Of a stretch of DNA of 64,000 bases, positions 46,868 to 56,839 are shown in pieces. Source of the stretch: Thermoanaerobaculia bacterium (GTDB lineage Bacteria > Acidobacteriota > Thermoanaerobaculia > UBA5066); contig CAVRAY010000002.1 in the NCBI GenBank assembly GCA_963719225.1, forward strand, positions 576,001 to 640,000, read 5' to 3'. The translations under genes and the position numbers were made by a program. How positions within the stretch are numbered: the first letter of the stretch is position 1; each line of letters opens with the position of its first letter. The notes beneath the pieces are model-generated. The model did not search any database. It had not been told where the DNA came from and saw only the letters and a list, made by a program, of their open reading frames with translations.

Positions 46868-47891
46868 CCTCGAGTGCCACGGCACGCGTGTGGGCGGCGG
46901 TCGTCCCGCAGCAACCGCCGGCGAGCCGCGCGCCGAGCGCGACCCACTCCGTCGCGAGCGCCGCGTAGTCCTCCGGGGAGACCGGATCGCCGTACGTGTT
47001 GCCGTACGCGGCGAGCGGGACGCCGGGCGCGGCGCATGCGAGGCGCGCGAGGTCGCCCGAGAGGGCCCGGGCCGCGACGCAGTTGATCCCGAGCGCATCC
47101 GGCGGGACGGGCAGCGCGAAAAGCGCACGCGCGAACGCCTCGATCGGCTCGCCGGACAGCAAATGGCCGCTGCCATCCGTCACGCACAAGACGACGACCG
47201 GCAGTCCCGTGGCCGCCGCGGCGCGCGCGGCGGCCACGGCTTCGCGGACGGTGTTCATCGTCTCGACGAGGATGAGATCCACGCCCGCGGCGGCGAGAGC
47301 CGCCGCCATCTCCGCGTGTTCGGAGGAGATTTCTGCTTCGGAGGGGACTCGATCAGGTCGGTAGCAATCCTCGAGAGGTGCCAGCGAACCGGCTATTGAG
47401 ACGCCGCTGAAGATCTTCTTAGAAGGTCGGGTTGCGCCGCCGCTCTGGCTCGCGGCTCTACGCCCCTCGTCCAGCGGTGCGCCGCCCCTGCCCATGAGCG
47501 CCGCCGGGCGCCTCTGCTCCGCGGCCTCTTCACCCTTCGAAGAAATCTTCTCTTCCTCTTCTTCCTCTTCTCTTCCCTCCGCAGCCCGTCGCGCCACGTC
47601 CACAGCCCTGGCGATGAGCTCTCGCTGCGAGAGGGAGCAAGAAGACTCTCTGACGTTCCTCCCATGCAGCCGGAAGCTCGCGATCGTGAGGACGTCCGCC
47701 CCCGCTTCCGCGTTCTCGCGGTGGATCGCCGCGACGAGATCCGGCGCGTCGAGGAGGGCCTGCGCGCTCCAGAGGGGCGCCGGGAGGCGGGCGCCGCGCG
47801 CGAGCAGGTCTGTCCCGAGGGCCGCGTCGAGGACGAGCGGCGGCCCGGAGCGGAGACGGGCGCGGAGGAGAGAGGCGGTCCGAGCGGTCAC
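46818..47891 (-). CDS. Homocysteine S-methyltransferase family protein with in-frame insertion
   Basis: LDAALGT, WSA, AGADV, AGSLAPLEDCY, ETM, GINC, GGCCGT. Confidence 0.9.
   Translation of the reverse strand: MTARTASLLRARLRSGPPLVLDAALGTDLLARGARLPAPLWSAQALLDAPDLVAAIHRENAEAGADVLTIASFRLHGRNVRESSCSLSQRELIARAVDVARRAAEGREEEEEEEKISSKGEEAAEQRRPAALMGRGGAPLDEGRRAASQSGGATRPSKKIFSGVSIAGSLAPLEDCYRPDRVPSEAEISSEHAEMAAALAAAGVDLILVETMNTVREAVAAARAAAATGLPVVVLCVTDGSGHLLSGEPIEAFARALFALPVPPDALGINCVAARALSGDLARLACAAPGVPLAAYGNTYGDPVSPEDYAALATEWVALGARLAGGCCGTTAAHTRAVALEVRGNTRGSSSPSASGP
47409..47580. repeat. Inverted-motif element inside the methyltransferase gene
   Basis: GAAGATCTTCTTAGAAGG (47409-47426) and CCTTCGAAGAAATCTTC (47534-47550) plus a CT-only tract. 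Confidence 0.75.
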
Positions 47892-47942
47892 GACGGCCTT
47901 CCGGGGCCGAGGATATCGGGTCGCCTGCTAGCATTCCGGCCC

Positions 47943-48743
47943 ATGGCCTCAAAACGCTCCTGGGCCCTGGTTCTCGGGGCCTCGTCCGGATTCGGCGAGG
48001 CCGCGTCGCTCGCCCTTGCGCAGGCGGGCCGGAACGTCTTCGGCGTCCATCTCGACCGCAAGGCGACGCAGCCGAACGTGGACCGCATCACGGCGGCGAT
48101 CACGGCAGCCGGGGGCAGGCCTGTCTTCTTCAACATGAACGCGGCCGACGACGAGAGGCGTGCGGAGGCGATCGCCGAGATGGCGAAGGTCCTGGACGCG
48201 GACGGCGCCCGCGCGGGAATCGACGTCGTCCTCCACTCGCTCGCGTTCGGGACGCTCAAGCCGTTCCTCGCGGACGCGCCGGCGGACCGGATCGCGCGCG
48301 CCCAGATGGACATGACGCTCGACGTCATGGCGCACTCGCTCGTTTACTGGGTGCAGGACCTCCTCTCCGCGGGGCTCCTCGCCGAGGGCGGGCACGTCTT
48401 CGCGATGACGTCCGCCGGCGGGCACCGGATCTGGAAGTCCTATGGAGCGGTCTCGGCCGCGAAGGCGGCCCTCGAGAGCCACTGCCGGCAGCTCGCCGTC
48501 GAGCTCGTGACGCGGAAGATCGCCGTCAACGCGATCCGCGCGGGCGTCACGGACACGCCGGCGCTCCGGAAGATCCCGGGGAACGCCGAGATGATCCAGC
48601 GCTGCCTCGAGATCCACCCGGCAACGCGGCTCACGACGCCCGGCGACGTCGCGAAGGTCATCGTCGCGCTCTCGCAGCCCGACACGGTCTGGCTGAGCGG
48701 CAACGTGCTCGGCGTCGACGGCACGGAAGACCTCATCGGCTGA
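47943..48743 (+). CDS. SDR oxidoreductase, enoyl-ACP reductase (FabL/FabI)-like
   Basis: GASSGFG, HSLAFG, YGAVSAAKAALE, GVTDTPAL. Confidence 0.88.
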   Translation: MASKRSWALVLGASSGFGEAASLALAQAGRNVFGVHLDRKATQPNVDRITAAITAAGGRPVFFNMNAADDERRAEAIAEMAKVLDADGARAGIDVVLHSLAFGTLKPFLADAPADRIARAQMDMTLDVMAHSLVYWVQDLLSAGLLAEGGHVFAMTSAGGHRIWKSYGAVSAAKAALESHCRQLAVELVTRKIAVNAIRAGVTDTPALRKIPGNAEMIQRCLEIHPATRLTTPGDVAKVIVALSQPDTVWLSGNVLGVDGTEDLIG

Positions 48744-48748
48744 AGGCC

Positions 48749-49573
48749 GTGATGCCGTACGCGCGTCTCCTGCCCGTGGCCGCCTGCGCGACGCTCTCCC
48801 TCGCGCTTCTGGGAGCGTCCTGCGAGACGGTGCGTCCGACCGTGAAGGCACAGTCCGACGTCCCGTCGGCCGGGAAATTCCCGCACGGGATCTTCGGCCG
48901 CTTCCTCGAGAAGGTCGTCCATGACGGGCTCGTCGACTACGCGGCGGCCTCCCTCGAGGAGGGCACGCTCGAGGAGTACCTCGCGGAGGTCGCACGCATC
49001 TCGCCGGAGTCGCACCCGCACCTCTTTCCGACCGAGCCTGACCGGATGGCGTACTGGATCAACGCCTACAACGCGTGTGCGATCCGCGGCGTCCTGCGGT
49101 TCAACCGTCCGCAGAGCCTGAAGGAGATCGCGCACCAGTTCGACTCCGCGACGAAGTACGTCCTCGGCGGCCGCGCCCTTTCCCTGAACCAGATCTCGTC
49201 GCTCGCCTGGCGGCGGTTCACGGACGCGCGCATCCACTTCGCGCTCGTGAAGGCGCGCCGCGGCGGGCCGCCGCTCGCGAAGGATCCCTGGGATGCGTCG
49301 GACCTCGACGAGCGCCTCGAGGCCGCCGCGAAGGCGTTCGTCGCCGACCCGCGCAACGTCGACTGGAAGGCCCCGTCCCTCAAGGCCGGCTTCTCCCGCG
49401 TCATCCTCGACTTTCGCGGCGACTTCGAGCGCGAGGTGCCGTCGACCGTGTCCGGCGATCCGCGTCTCGTGGGTTCGATCAACCGCTGGCGCCCCCCGAC
49501 GGACAAGATCACGGCGATCGAGGCGTACCCGATCCCGTTCGACGAGCGCCTGAACGACATCGCGAACCGCTGA
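48749..49573 (+). CDS. DUF547-domain lipoprotein
   Basis: Lipobox Cys; VDY, AYWINAYNA, DARIHFAL. Confidence 0.88.
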   Translation: MMPYARLLPVAACATLSLALLGASCETVRPTVKAQSDVPSAGKFPHGIFGRFLEKVVHDGLVDYAAASLEEGTLEEYLAEVARISPESHPHLFPTEPDRMAYWINAYNACAIRGVLRFNRPQSLKEIAHQFDSATKYVLGGRALSLNQISSLAWRRFTDARIHFALVKARRGGPPLAKDPWDASDLDERLEAAAKAFVADPRNVDWKAPSLKAGFSRVILDFRGDFEREVPSTVSGDPRLVGSINRWRPPTDKITAIEAYPIPFDERLNDIANR

Positions 49574-49577
49574 GCCG

Positions 49578-50492
49578 ATGCGCGTCGCGCGACGTGCCGC
49601 CCCGGCCCTCCTCGTGGCCGTCGTGACGGCCGGCGCCGCGTGCGGGGGACGGCCGGCCCGCGACGAGCCTGCTTCGAGTGCGGCAGCGCTCGAGCCTCCG
49701 GTTCTCGCGGGCGGGATCCCGATCGCGCCGGGTCTCACGCTGACGCTCGTTCCGAACCTCCCCGGCGTCGACGGCGAGGACGTGCCCGACCTCGCCCGAC
49801 GCGAGGTGGAGGTGCTGGAGGTCGAAAGAGGAAGACTCCGCCTGAAGTGGACCGGACAGGTGCGCGTCGAGAAGCCCGAGTCGGCCCGGCGGCGTGAGGA
49901 CTGGGTGCGCGCGCGCGCGAACGCGGCCCGGGGCGCGACGCCCGAGCCGACCGTCGCGGCCGCCTACGAGACGCGCGAGGTCGGAGGGACGCTCTTCTTC
50001 CCGAACTTCGGGACGGCGACGGATCTCCTCCTGCCCGGCCTCTGGCCCGAGGGCTTCGCGACGGTGCCCGCGGCGACGGCCCTGTGGATCTCGCCGAACG
50101 CGCGCGCCGAGCTCGAGGGCGGTGGCCGCGCGTCGGTGCCGCTGTCGGCGGCCACGCCCGCGCTGCGCGAGCCCGGCGCCACCTTCCTCCGGCGCGCGAT
50201 CGATCTCGCCGCGCGCACGCCCTCGAGTCGGCCGGGCCTGTGGACGGCGGGCCCGCGCGCCTCGTTCCGGCTCGTCGTCGACGGGCGCGACGTCACGGTG
50301 CCCGCGGTCGGCGCGCGCGACTGGTTCGCCGCGTACACGATCCTCGACGGCGCCTCGCCACCGCTCGTCCTCTCGGCGCTCCCGCAGCCGGCGTCCCCCG
50401 CTCCAGGGGACGGCCTCCCGCCCGCGCACGCGATGCGGAGCCTCCTCGGCTACCGCGTCGCCGAGATCAGGCGCCCGAAGGCCCACGGATGA
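49578..50492 (+). CDS. Hypothetical lipoprotein
   Basis: AAC lipobox; operonic spacing with neighbours. Confidence 0.65.
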   Translation: MRVARRAAPALLVAVVTAGAACGGRPARDEPASSAAALEPPVLAGGIPIAPGLTLTLVPNLPGVDGEDVPDLARREVEVLEVERGRLRLKWTGQVRVEKPESARRREDWVRARANAARGATPEPTVAAAYETREVGGTLFFPNFGTATDLLLPGLWPEGFATVPAATALWISPNARAELEGGGRASVPLSAATPALREPGATFLRRAIDLAARTPSSRPGLWTAGPRASFRLVVDGRDVTVPAVGARDWFAAYTILDGASPPLVLSALPQPASPAPGDGLPPAHAMRSLLGYRVAEIRRPKAHG

Positions 50493-51286
50493 GCCGGGAC
50501 GCGGGTCTCGCCGTCGTCACGGGCGCGTCCTCGGGGATCGGGGCCGCCTTCGCGCGCGCGCTGGCGCTCGAAGGCCGCCACGTCCTTCTCGTTGCGCGCT
50601 CGAAGGAGGCGCTCGAGGCGCTCGCGGCCGATTTGAACGAGAGACGGAGCGGAACGGCCGACGTGCTCGTCGCGGATCTCGGGACGCCCGAGGGGCGCGA
50701 CGCCCTGTGGAACGCCACGGAGGCCGCCGGGCGAGAAGTCTCGCTCCTCGTGAACAACGCGGGCTTCGGCCTGAACGGTCCCGAGGTGGACCTCCCGCTC
50801 GAGCGCGTCCATGCCCTCCTCGAGCTGAACGTCGTCGCGACCGCGGAGCTCACGCACCGCTTCCTCGTCGCGATGCGCGTGCGCCGCGCGGGCGCGATCC
50901 TGAACGTCGCCTCGACGGCGGCCTTCTACCCGATGCCGTACTTCTCGGTCTACGGGGCGAGCAAGGCATTCGTCCTGAACTTCACGCACGCCCTCCACGA
51001 AGAGGCCAGGAGGGACGGCGTGACCGTGACGTGCCTCGTTCCGGGCTATACGAAGACGAACTTCCACGCGGTCGCGCGGATGAAGGGCGCCGAGGCAACG
51101 CCGTTCCCCGAGATGACGGCGGAGGCGGTCGCCAGGATCGGCCTCGAGGCGCTGCGCAAGCGCAAGGCGTTCGTCGTGACGCACCCGCTCGACCGCCTCT
51201 GGATCGCGTCCGGCAAGATCGTCCCGCGCTGGGTCCCCGCGAAGATCGGGGCGTACTTCTTCTCGAAGACGAGGCTGGATTCGTAG
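50489..51286 (+). CDS. SDR family oxidoreductase
   Basis: TGASSGIG, NNAGFG, YGASK. Confidence 0.93.
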   Translation: MSRDAGLAVVTGASSGIGAAFARALALEGRHVLLVARSKEALEALAADLNERRSGTADVLVADLGTPEGRDALWNATEAAGREVSLLVNNAGFGLNGPEVDLPLERVHALLELNVVATAELTHRFLVAMRVRRAGAILNVASTAAFYPMPYFSVYGASKAFVLNFTHALHEEARRDGVTVTCLVPGYTKTNFHAVARMKGAEATPFPEMTAEAVARIGLEALRKRKAFVVTHPLDRLWIASGKIVPRWVPAKIGAYFFSKTRLDS

Positions 51287-51301
51287 AGAGGAATGGAAAT
51301 T

Positions 51302-51410
51302 AGAGGAAGAGAAGAGGAAGATTTTCTTGGAAGGGTGAAAAGGGGCGGAGCGCGCCCGTGGCCGCAGCGGCACCCGACGCCGCGGCCCCAATTCACTTTC
51401 CAAGAAGATC
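51302..51410. repeat. Intergenic inverted-motif element
   Basis: AG-only tract, then GATTTTCTTGGAAGGGTGAA (51320-51339) and TTCACTTTCCAAGAAGATC (51392-51410). Confidence 0.8.
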
Positions 51411-51462
51411 CGAGTCCGAATCCGAATTCGAATCCAAATTCGAGTCCGGATCCGAATCCGAA
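51409..51462. repeat. Hexamer tandem repeat, 9 copies of TCCGAA-like units
   Basis: TCCGAG TCCGAA TCCGAA TTCGAA TCCAAA TTCGAG TCCGGA TCCGAA TCCGAA. Confidence 0.9.
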
Positions 51463-51469
51463 GTCCCGG

Positions 51470-52111
51470 TCAGTGGCCTCCGGCCTTGTCCCCCCAGAGC
51501 TGCTTGAGGCGCTCGTCGCGGCCGCAGCCTGACCTGTAGAAGTGGTACCGGATCGGGTTCTTCTTGTAGTAGCTCTGGTGGTACTCCTCGGCCTTCCAGA
51601 ACGGTCCGGCCTTCACGATCTCCGTGACGATGGGAGCCTTCAGGACGTGCGAGGCCTCGAGCGCCTTCTTCGAGGCCTCGGCGGCCTCCCGTTGCGCCTC
51701 GTCGTGGAAGAAGATCGCCGTCTTGTACTGCGAGCCGAAGTCGCAGAACTGGCCTGCCGCATTCGTCGGGTCGACGTTGTGCCAGAAGACGTCGAGGAGC
51801 TTCTCGTAGGAGACCTTCTTCGGGTCGAAGACGACCTCGATCGCCTCGCGGTGCCCCGTCCCGCCCGCGCCCACCTCGTGGTACGTCGGGCCCGCCTTGG
51901 AGCCGCCCGTATATCCGACGGTCGTCGAAACGACGCCGGGAACCGAATCGTATGGGCCCTGCATGCACCAGAAGCAGCCGCCGGCGAACGTGGCCTTCGC
52001 CATGCCCGCGGGAACGGGCGGGGTGGCCTTCGTCGGCTCCTCGGCGTGCGCGAGGGCGGCGAGGAGCAGCAGGGCGAGAAGCGGCAGGAGGAAGCGGGTG
52101 TTGCGGCGCAT
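51470..52111 (-). CDS. msrA: Peptide-methionine (S)-S-oxide reductase, exported
   Basis: GGCFWC, GYTGG, GHREA, AEEYHQ; signal peptide. Confidence 0.96.
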   Translation of the reverse strand: MRRNTRFLLPLLALLLLAALAHAEEPTKATPPVPAGMAKATFAGGCFWCMQGPYDSVPGVVSTTVGYTGGSKAGPTYHEVGAGGTGHREAIEVVFDPKKVSYEKLLDVFWHNVDPTNAAGQFCDFGSQYKTAIFFHDEAQREAAEASKKALEASHVLKAPIVTEIVKAGPFWKAEEYHQSYYKKNPIRYHFYRSGCGRDERLKQLWGDKAGGH

Positions 52112-52187
52112 GGCGTTCACGGCTCTCCGTGGGGAGTACGAGGGCGCCCCCCTTCGTGGATGCCGGTAAGGCGCCGCTTCATTCCCT

Positions 52188-52700
52188 TCAGACAACGTAC
52201 GGGCGCCCGAAGAGTTTCGTCAGCGAGTCCGCGACGGACCGGAAGGCGAGCTCGAGCCCGCCGACCTCCTCCGGCGTGAACCAGCCGACCTCGAGCGTCT
52301 CGTCTCCGGCGTGCGGCTCGCGGCTGCCGGACGCGAGAGAGCCCCGGTACACGGCCACGACGACCGGCCGGCCCGGGTAGGAGAACAGGCCGAGGAGGTC
52401 GCCGAGGTCCGCGACGGCCCCGCACTCCTCGAGCGTCTCGCGCAGGGCCGCCTCCTCGACCGTTTCGCCGCGGTCCACGTGGCCGCCGGGAAACGTCCAC
52501 TTGCCGTAGCCGGGCTCGATCGCCCGCTTGACGAGGAGAACGCGCTCGTCGCGGACGATCAGGATGCCCGCCGCCACCTTCGGGTCGATCCAGTGCACGG
52601 CGCCGCAGGCCGGACACACCGGGACGCTCCGCCCGGGCCCCATTTCCCTGGATTCGAGCTTGCGCGCGCACTGCGTACAGTAGACGGGCGGCTCGTACAC
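52188..52700 (-). CDS. Nudix hydrolase with zinc ribbon
   Basis: CxxC..CxxC; GGHVDRGETVEEAALRETLEECG. Confidence 0.93.
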   Translation of the reverse strand: MYEPPVYCTQCARKLESREMGPGRSVPVCPACGAVHWIDPKVAAGILIVRDERVLLVKRAIEPGYGKWTFPGGHVDRGETVEEAALRETLEECGAVADLGDLLGLFSYPGRPVVVAVYRGSLASGSREPHAGDETLEVGWFTPEEVGGLELAFRSVADSLTKLFGRPYVV

Positions 52701-52872
52701 GGGGTCAGGCTACCGCGTTTCGGCGGCGCGAGGGTCACCGGCCCGCACGTGACAGCGCTCACGCCTCGGCCCTACGTTTGAGGCGGCATTCCCGGCGTCC
52801 TTGACGGAACCGGGGCACGTAACGAGAATCCACCGTCCTTGCGGGCTCCCGCCCGCTTCCCGGGAGGCGCCC

Positions 52873-53556
52873 TTGACCAATAACCGCAAGTGGACCGACG
52901 AAGACGCCCGGTGGCTGAAGGCCAATTTCGGGCGGATGGACTCGCAGACCCTGTCGCGAAAGCTCGGGCTTTCGCTCGAGGACCTCGAGAGGAAGATCCG
53001 TCAGCTCAAGCTCGCCGCGGCCGAGCCGGACAAGGCGCGCAAGGCGCCCGCCTCCCTCAAGGAGGCCGTCCGCGAGTCCTCGGCGGCGCGCAAGGAGTAC
53101 GAGAAGGCCATCGAGCTCTTCCACAAGCGACACTTCGACGACGCGGCGCGCCGTTTCGAAGACCTCATCGAGAAGCATCCGGACGAGAAGGAGTTCCTCG
53201 ACCGCGCGCGCATGTACCTCACGGCGTGCCGCAACGGGAAGAAGGCGAAGACTTCCTCGATGGACGGCCCCGAGGAGATCTACCATGCTGCCGTGTTCGA
53301 GAAGAACCGCGGCAACGTCGAGAAGGCGCTCGAGCTGCTCCGGAAGGGCGCCGGAAAGAAGGACGGCGACGGGCGCGTCCACTACCTCGCGGCCTGCTGC
53401 TTCGCGCTCGCGGGGGACGCCGAGCAGGCGCTCCAGTCGCTCCGAAAGGCGATCGCGGCCGACGACCACAATCGCATCCAGGCGCGTCTCGAGGCGGACC
53501 TGTCGGTCCTCCGCGGCACGCAGGGGTTCACGGAGCTCGTCGCGGGAGGCGCGTGA
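52873..53556 (+). CDS. TPR protein with N-terminal Myb/HTH-like segment
   Basis: GGGAGG RBS before TTG; KWTDED..WL; TPR helices. Confidence 0.8.
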   Translation: MTNNRKWTDEDARWLKANFGRMDSQTLSRKLGLSLEDLERKIRQLKLAAAEPDKARKAPASLKEAVRESSAARKEYEKAIELFHKRHFDDAARRFEDLIEKHPDEKEFLDRARMYLTACRNGKKAKTSSMDGPEEIYHAAVFEKNRGNVEKALELLRKGAGKKDGDGRVHYLAACCFALAGDAEQALQSLRKAIAADDHNRIQARLEADLSVLRGTQGFTELVAGGA

Positions 53557-54984
53557 CCGTCGTCGTCCTCCTCGCTGCGGGCCGCGGCGTGAGGATGAAG
53601 TCGGCGCGGCCCAAGCTGCTCCACGAGGCCGCGGGCCGGCCTCTCCTCGACCGCGCCCTCGACACGGCGCTCGCGGTCGCAGGCGATCCGTCCTCGGTCG
53701 TCGTCGTCGTTTCGAAGAAGAATTCGGAAGAGAGAGATCCTTCGAAAGGAAGAGAGACGGTCGGCGCGTATCTCGGAGCGCACTACCCGGTGGTCAAGGT
53801 TGCGGTCCAGGATCCTCCTCGGGGGACCGGCGACGCGGTCCGCGCCGCGTTCGCGTCGGGCGCCGTGGGGAACGCGAAGACGGTCGTCGTCCTTTCGGGG
53901 GACGTGCCGCTCCTCGACGCGGCCGCGGTGAAGGGCCTCATGGACGCTCTGAAGAAGGACGAGAAGGCCGCGGTGGCGGTCCTGACCGCGACGCTCGCGG
54001 ACCCCACCGGTTATGGGCGCATCGTGCGGGACGGGGAAGAAGAGAGTTTCTTCGGATAAGAGAAGAGAAAGATTCTTCGAGTAAAGAGAAGGGGATCCGG
54101 GAGATCAACACCGGGAACATATGCGTTCGACCGCGGCGTTCCTGGAGGAATCCCTCCCTCTTCTTACTTCTAAGAATCTTCAGAACGAGTTTTATCTCAC
54201 CGACGTGCTGTCCCTCGCGCGTAAGGCCGGCCGGCGCGTGGTCCTCGTCCCCGGCGATCCCTCTTCCGCCCTCGGCGTGAACTCCCGCGAGGACCTCGCC
54301 GCGGTGGACCGCCTCCTGCGCGAGCGCGCCGTCGTCGCCGCGATGCGCGGCGGGACGACGATTCTCCGCCCCGAGACCGTCACGCTCGACGAAACCGTCG
54401 CCCTCGACCCCGACACGACGGTCGAGCCGTTCGCGACGCTCCTCGGCGAGACGCGCGTCGGCGCCGGAACCGTGATCGGGCAGGGCTGCGTCGTCCGGGA
54501 CACCGTGTTCGGTCGGAACGTCGTCGTGAAGCCGTACTGCGTGATCGAGTCGGCCGTCGTCGGCGACGGATCGGTCGTCGGACCGTTCGCGCGGCTGCGC
54601 GAGGGGACGGACCTCGCCGCGGGCGTCCACGTGGGGAACTTCGTCGAGACGAAGAAGGCGAAGCTTCACGAGGGCGTCAAGGCGAACCACCTGACCTACC
54701 TCGGCGACACGGAGATCGGCGCCCGCACGAACGTCGGTGCGGGCGTCATCACGTGCAACTACGACGGCTTCACGAAGCACAGGACGACGATCGGGCGGGA
54801 CGTCTTCGTGGGCTCGGACACGCAGCTCGTCGCGCCCGTGACGGTCGGCGACGGCGCGATCATCGGAGCGGGCACGACCGTCACGAAGGACGTCCCGAGG
54901 GACGCGCTCACGGTCGCACGCGCGCCGCAGGAGAACCGCGAGGGTCTGGGCGCCGCGTACCGCGTGCGCAAGAAGAAGAGCTGA
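53553..54984 (+). CDS. glmU: Bifunctional UDP-GlcNAc pyrophosphorylase/glucosamine-1-phosphate acetyltransferase (frameshifted 54035-54135)
   Basis: LAAGRGVRMKS..PKLLH, GTGDAV, GDVP, GYGRI, EINTG, EFYLTD, GNFVETKK, HLTYLGD, CNYDG. Confidence 0.93.
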
Positions 54985-54988
54985 GCCC

Positions 54989-56833
54989 GTGTGCGGGATC
55001 GTGGGTTACGTCGGAGAGCGTGAGGCGACGCCCCTCCTCCTCGACGGCCTGAGGCGACTCGAGTATCGCGGCTACGACTCGGCCGGCATCGCGGTCGTCG
55101 GGGACGACGGCGAGGTGCGCGTCGCGCGCAGCGAAGGCAAGCTCGGGAACCTCACCGAGAAGATCGCGGGCGCGCCCCCGCCCGGGCACTTCGGCGTCGG
55201 GCACACGCGCTGGGCGACGCACGGGAGGCCTTCCGAGGAAAACGCCCATCCGCACCGCGACGCGAGCGGCCGGATCGTCGTGATCCACAACGGGATCATC
55301 GAGAACTTCCTGCCGCTCAAGCAGCGCCTGCAGCGCGAGGGAGTGACGTTCCTTTCGGAGACGGACACGGAGGTCGTCGCGCACGCCCTCGCCGCGGCGT
55401 GGCGCGCCGCACCGGGCAAACCATTCGCGGAGATCGTGCGCGAGACGGCCGCGAGCCTGAAGGGCATGTACGCCCTCGTCCTCTTCTCGGCGGACGAACC
55501 CGGCGTTCTCTACGCGCTCAAGTGGGGTCCGCCGATCGTCCTCGGCCTCGGAGACGGCGAGAACTTCGTCGCGTCCGACGCGACGGCGCTCCTTCCGCAC
55601 ACGCGCGACCTGATCTTCCTCGAGGACGGGGATCTCGCCCGTGTCACGGCGGCGGGTGTCACCGTGACCGGCTTCGACGGCGCGCCCCGGGCGCGGCCGG
55701 CCCTCGCCGTCCCGTGGGACGCCGTCTCGGCCGAAAAAGGCGGCTACCCGCACTTCATGGCCAAGGAGATTGCCGAGCAGCCGACGGTCGTGATCGAGAC
55801 GATCGGGGCGAAGCTCTCCCTCGAGACGGGCTTCTTCAACGAGGAGGAGATGGGTGTCCCGCGAGCGCTTCTTCGCGAGATCGACCGCATCCAGATCGTC
55901 GCCTGCGGGACGAGCTGGCACGCGGGACTCGTCGCGAAATTCCTCCTCGAGGAGATCGCGCGCCTCCCGACGGACGTCGATTACGCGTCCGAGTTCCGGT
56001 ACCGCGCCCCTCTCGTGGACGCGCGCACGCTCGTCCTCGGGATCTCGCAGTCGGGCGAGACGGCCGACACGGTCGCGGCCCTCAAGGAGGCGAAGGCGCT
56101 CGGCGGCCGGACCGTCGGCGTCGTGAACGTGCCGGGCTCGGCGATCGCGCGCCTCGTGGACGGCGTCCTCGCGACGCACGCGGGGCCCGAGGTCGGCGTC
56201 GCCTCGACGAAGGCGTTCACGACGCAGCTCGTCGCGCTCGTCCTCTTCGCGCTCTACGCGAGGGCCGTGCGCACGGGAGGGGAGACGCCCGTCGACGTGG
56301 ATTTCCTCGCGGCGCTCGCGCGCCTCCCCGCGGCGCTCCGCGAGACGCTCGGCCTCGAACCCGCGATCGAGAAGCTGTCGGCCCGCTTCGAGAGGGTCTC
56401 CCACGCGCTCTTCCTCGGTCGCGGCGCGCACTACCCGATCGCGCTCGAGGGCGCCCTGAAGCTCAAGGAGATCTCGTACGTCCACGCGGAGGGCTACCCG
56501 GCGGGGGAGATGAAGCACGGGCCGATCGCGCTCATCGACGAGGCGATGCCGATCGTCGGGATCGCGCCGCAGGACGGCCTCTACGAGAAGGTCGCGTCGA
56601 ACCTCCGGGAGGTCAAGGCGCGCGAGGGGATCCTGTTCGCGCTCGTGAACCCCGGCGACGCGGACGTCGCGATGTTCGCGGACGAGACGCTCGTGATGCC
56701 GAAGGTCCACCCGGCGCTCCAGCCCGTCGTCTCCGTGCTCCCGCTCCAGCTCCTCGCGTACCACGTCGCGCGCCGCCGCGGCTGCGACGTCGACCAGCCG
56801 CGCAACCTCGCGAAGTCCGTCACCGTCGAGTGA
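54989..56833 (+). CDS. glmS: Glutamine-fructose-6-phosphate transaminase
   Basis: MCGIVG, EYRGYDSAG, GHTRWATHG, SQSGET, PRNLAKSVTVE. Confidence 0.98.
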   Translation: MCGIVGYVGEREATPLLLDGLRRLEYRGYDSAGIAVVGDDGEVRVARSEGKLGNLTEKIAGAPPPGHFGVGHTRWATHGRPSEENAHPHRDASGRIVVIHNGIIENFLPLKQRLQREGVTFLSETDTEVVAHALAAAWRAAPGKPFAEIVRETAASLKGMYALVLFSADEPGVLYALKWGPPIVLGLGDGENFVASDATALLPHTRDLIFLEDGDLARVTAAGVTVTGFDGAPRARPALAVPWDAVSAEKGGYPHFMAKEIAEQPTVVIETIGAKLSLETGFFNEEEMGVPRALLREIDRIQIVACGTSWHAGLVAKFLLEEIARLPTDVDYASEFRYRAPLVDARTLVLGISQSGETADTVAALKEAKALGGRTVGVVNVPGSAIARLVDGVLATHAGPEVGVASTKAFTTQLVALVLFALYARAVRTGGETPVDVDFLAALARLPAALRETLGLEPAIEKLSARFERVSHALFLGRGAHYPIALEGALKLKEISYVHAEGYPAGEMKHGPIALIDEAMPIVGIAPQDGLYEKVASNLREVKAREGILFALVNPGDADVAMFADETLVMPKVHPALQPVVSVLPLQLLAYHVARRRGCDVDQPRNLAKSVTVE

Positions 56834-56839
56834 AAGCGT

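Noticed and set aside
51409-51462. SD/NP-repeat proteins (ORFs 51293..51532 and 51393..51968)
   Set aside because: By-products of the intergenic microsatellite; they overlap msrA.
54985-54988. glmS ribozyme upstream of glmS
   Set aside because: Only 4 nt separate glmU and glmS; there is no room.
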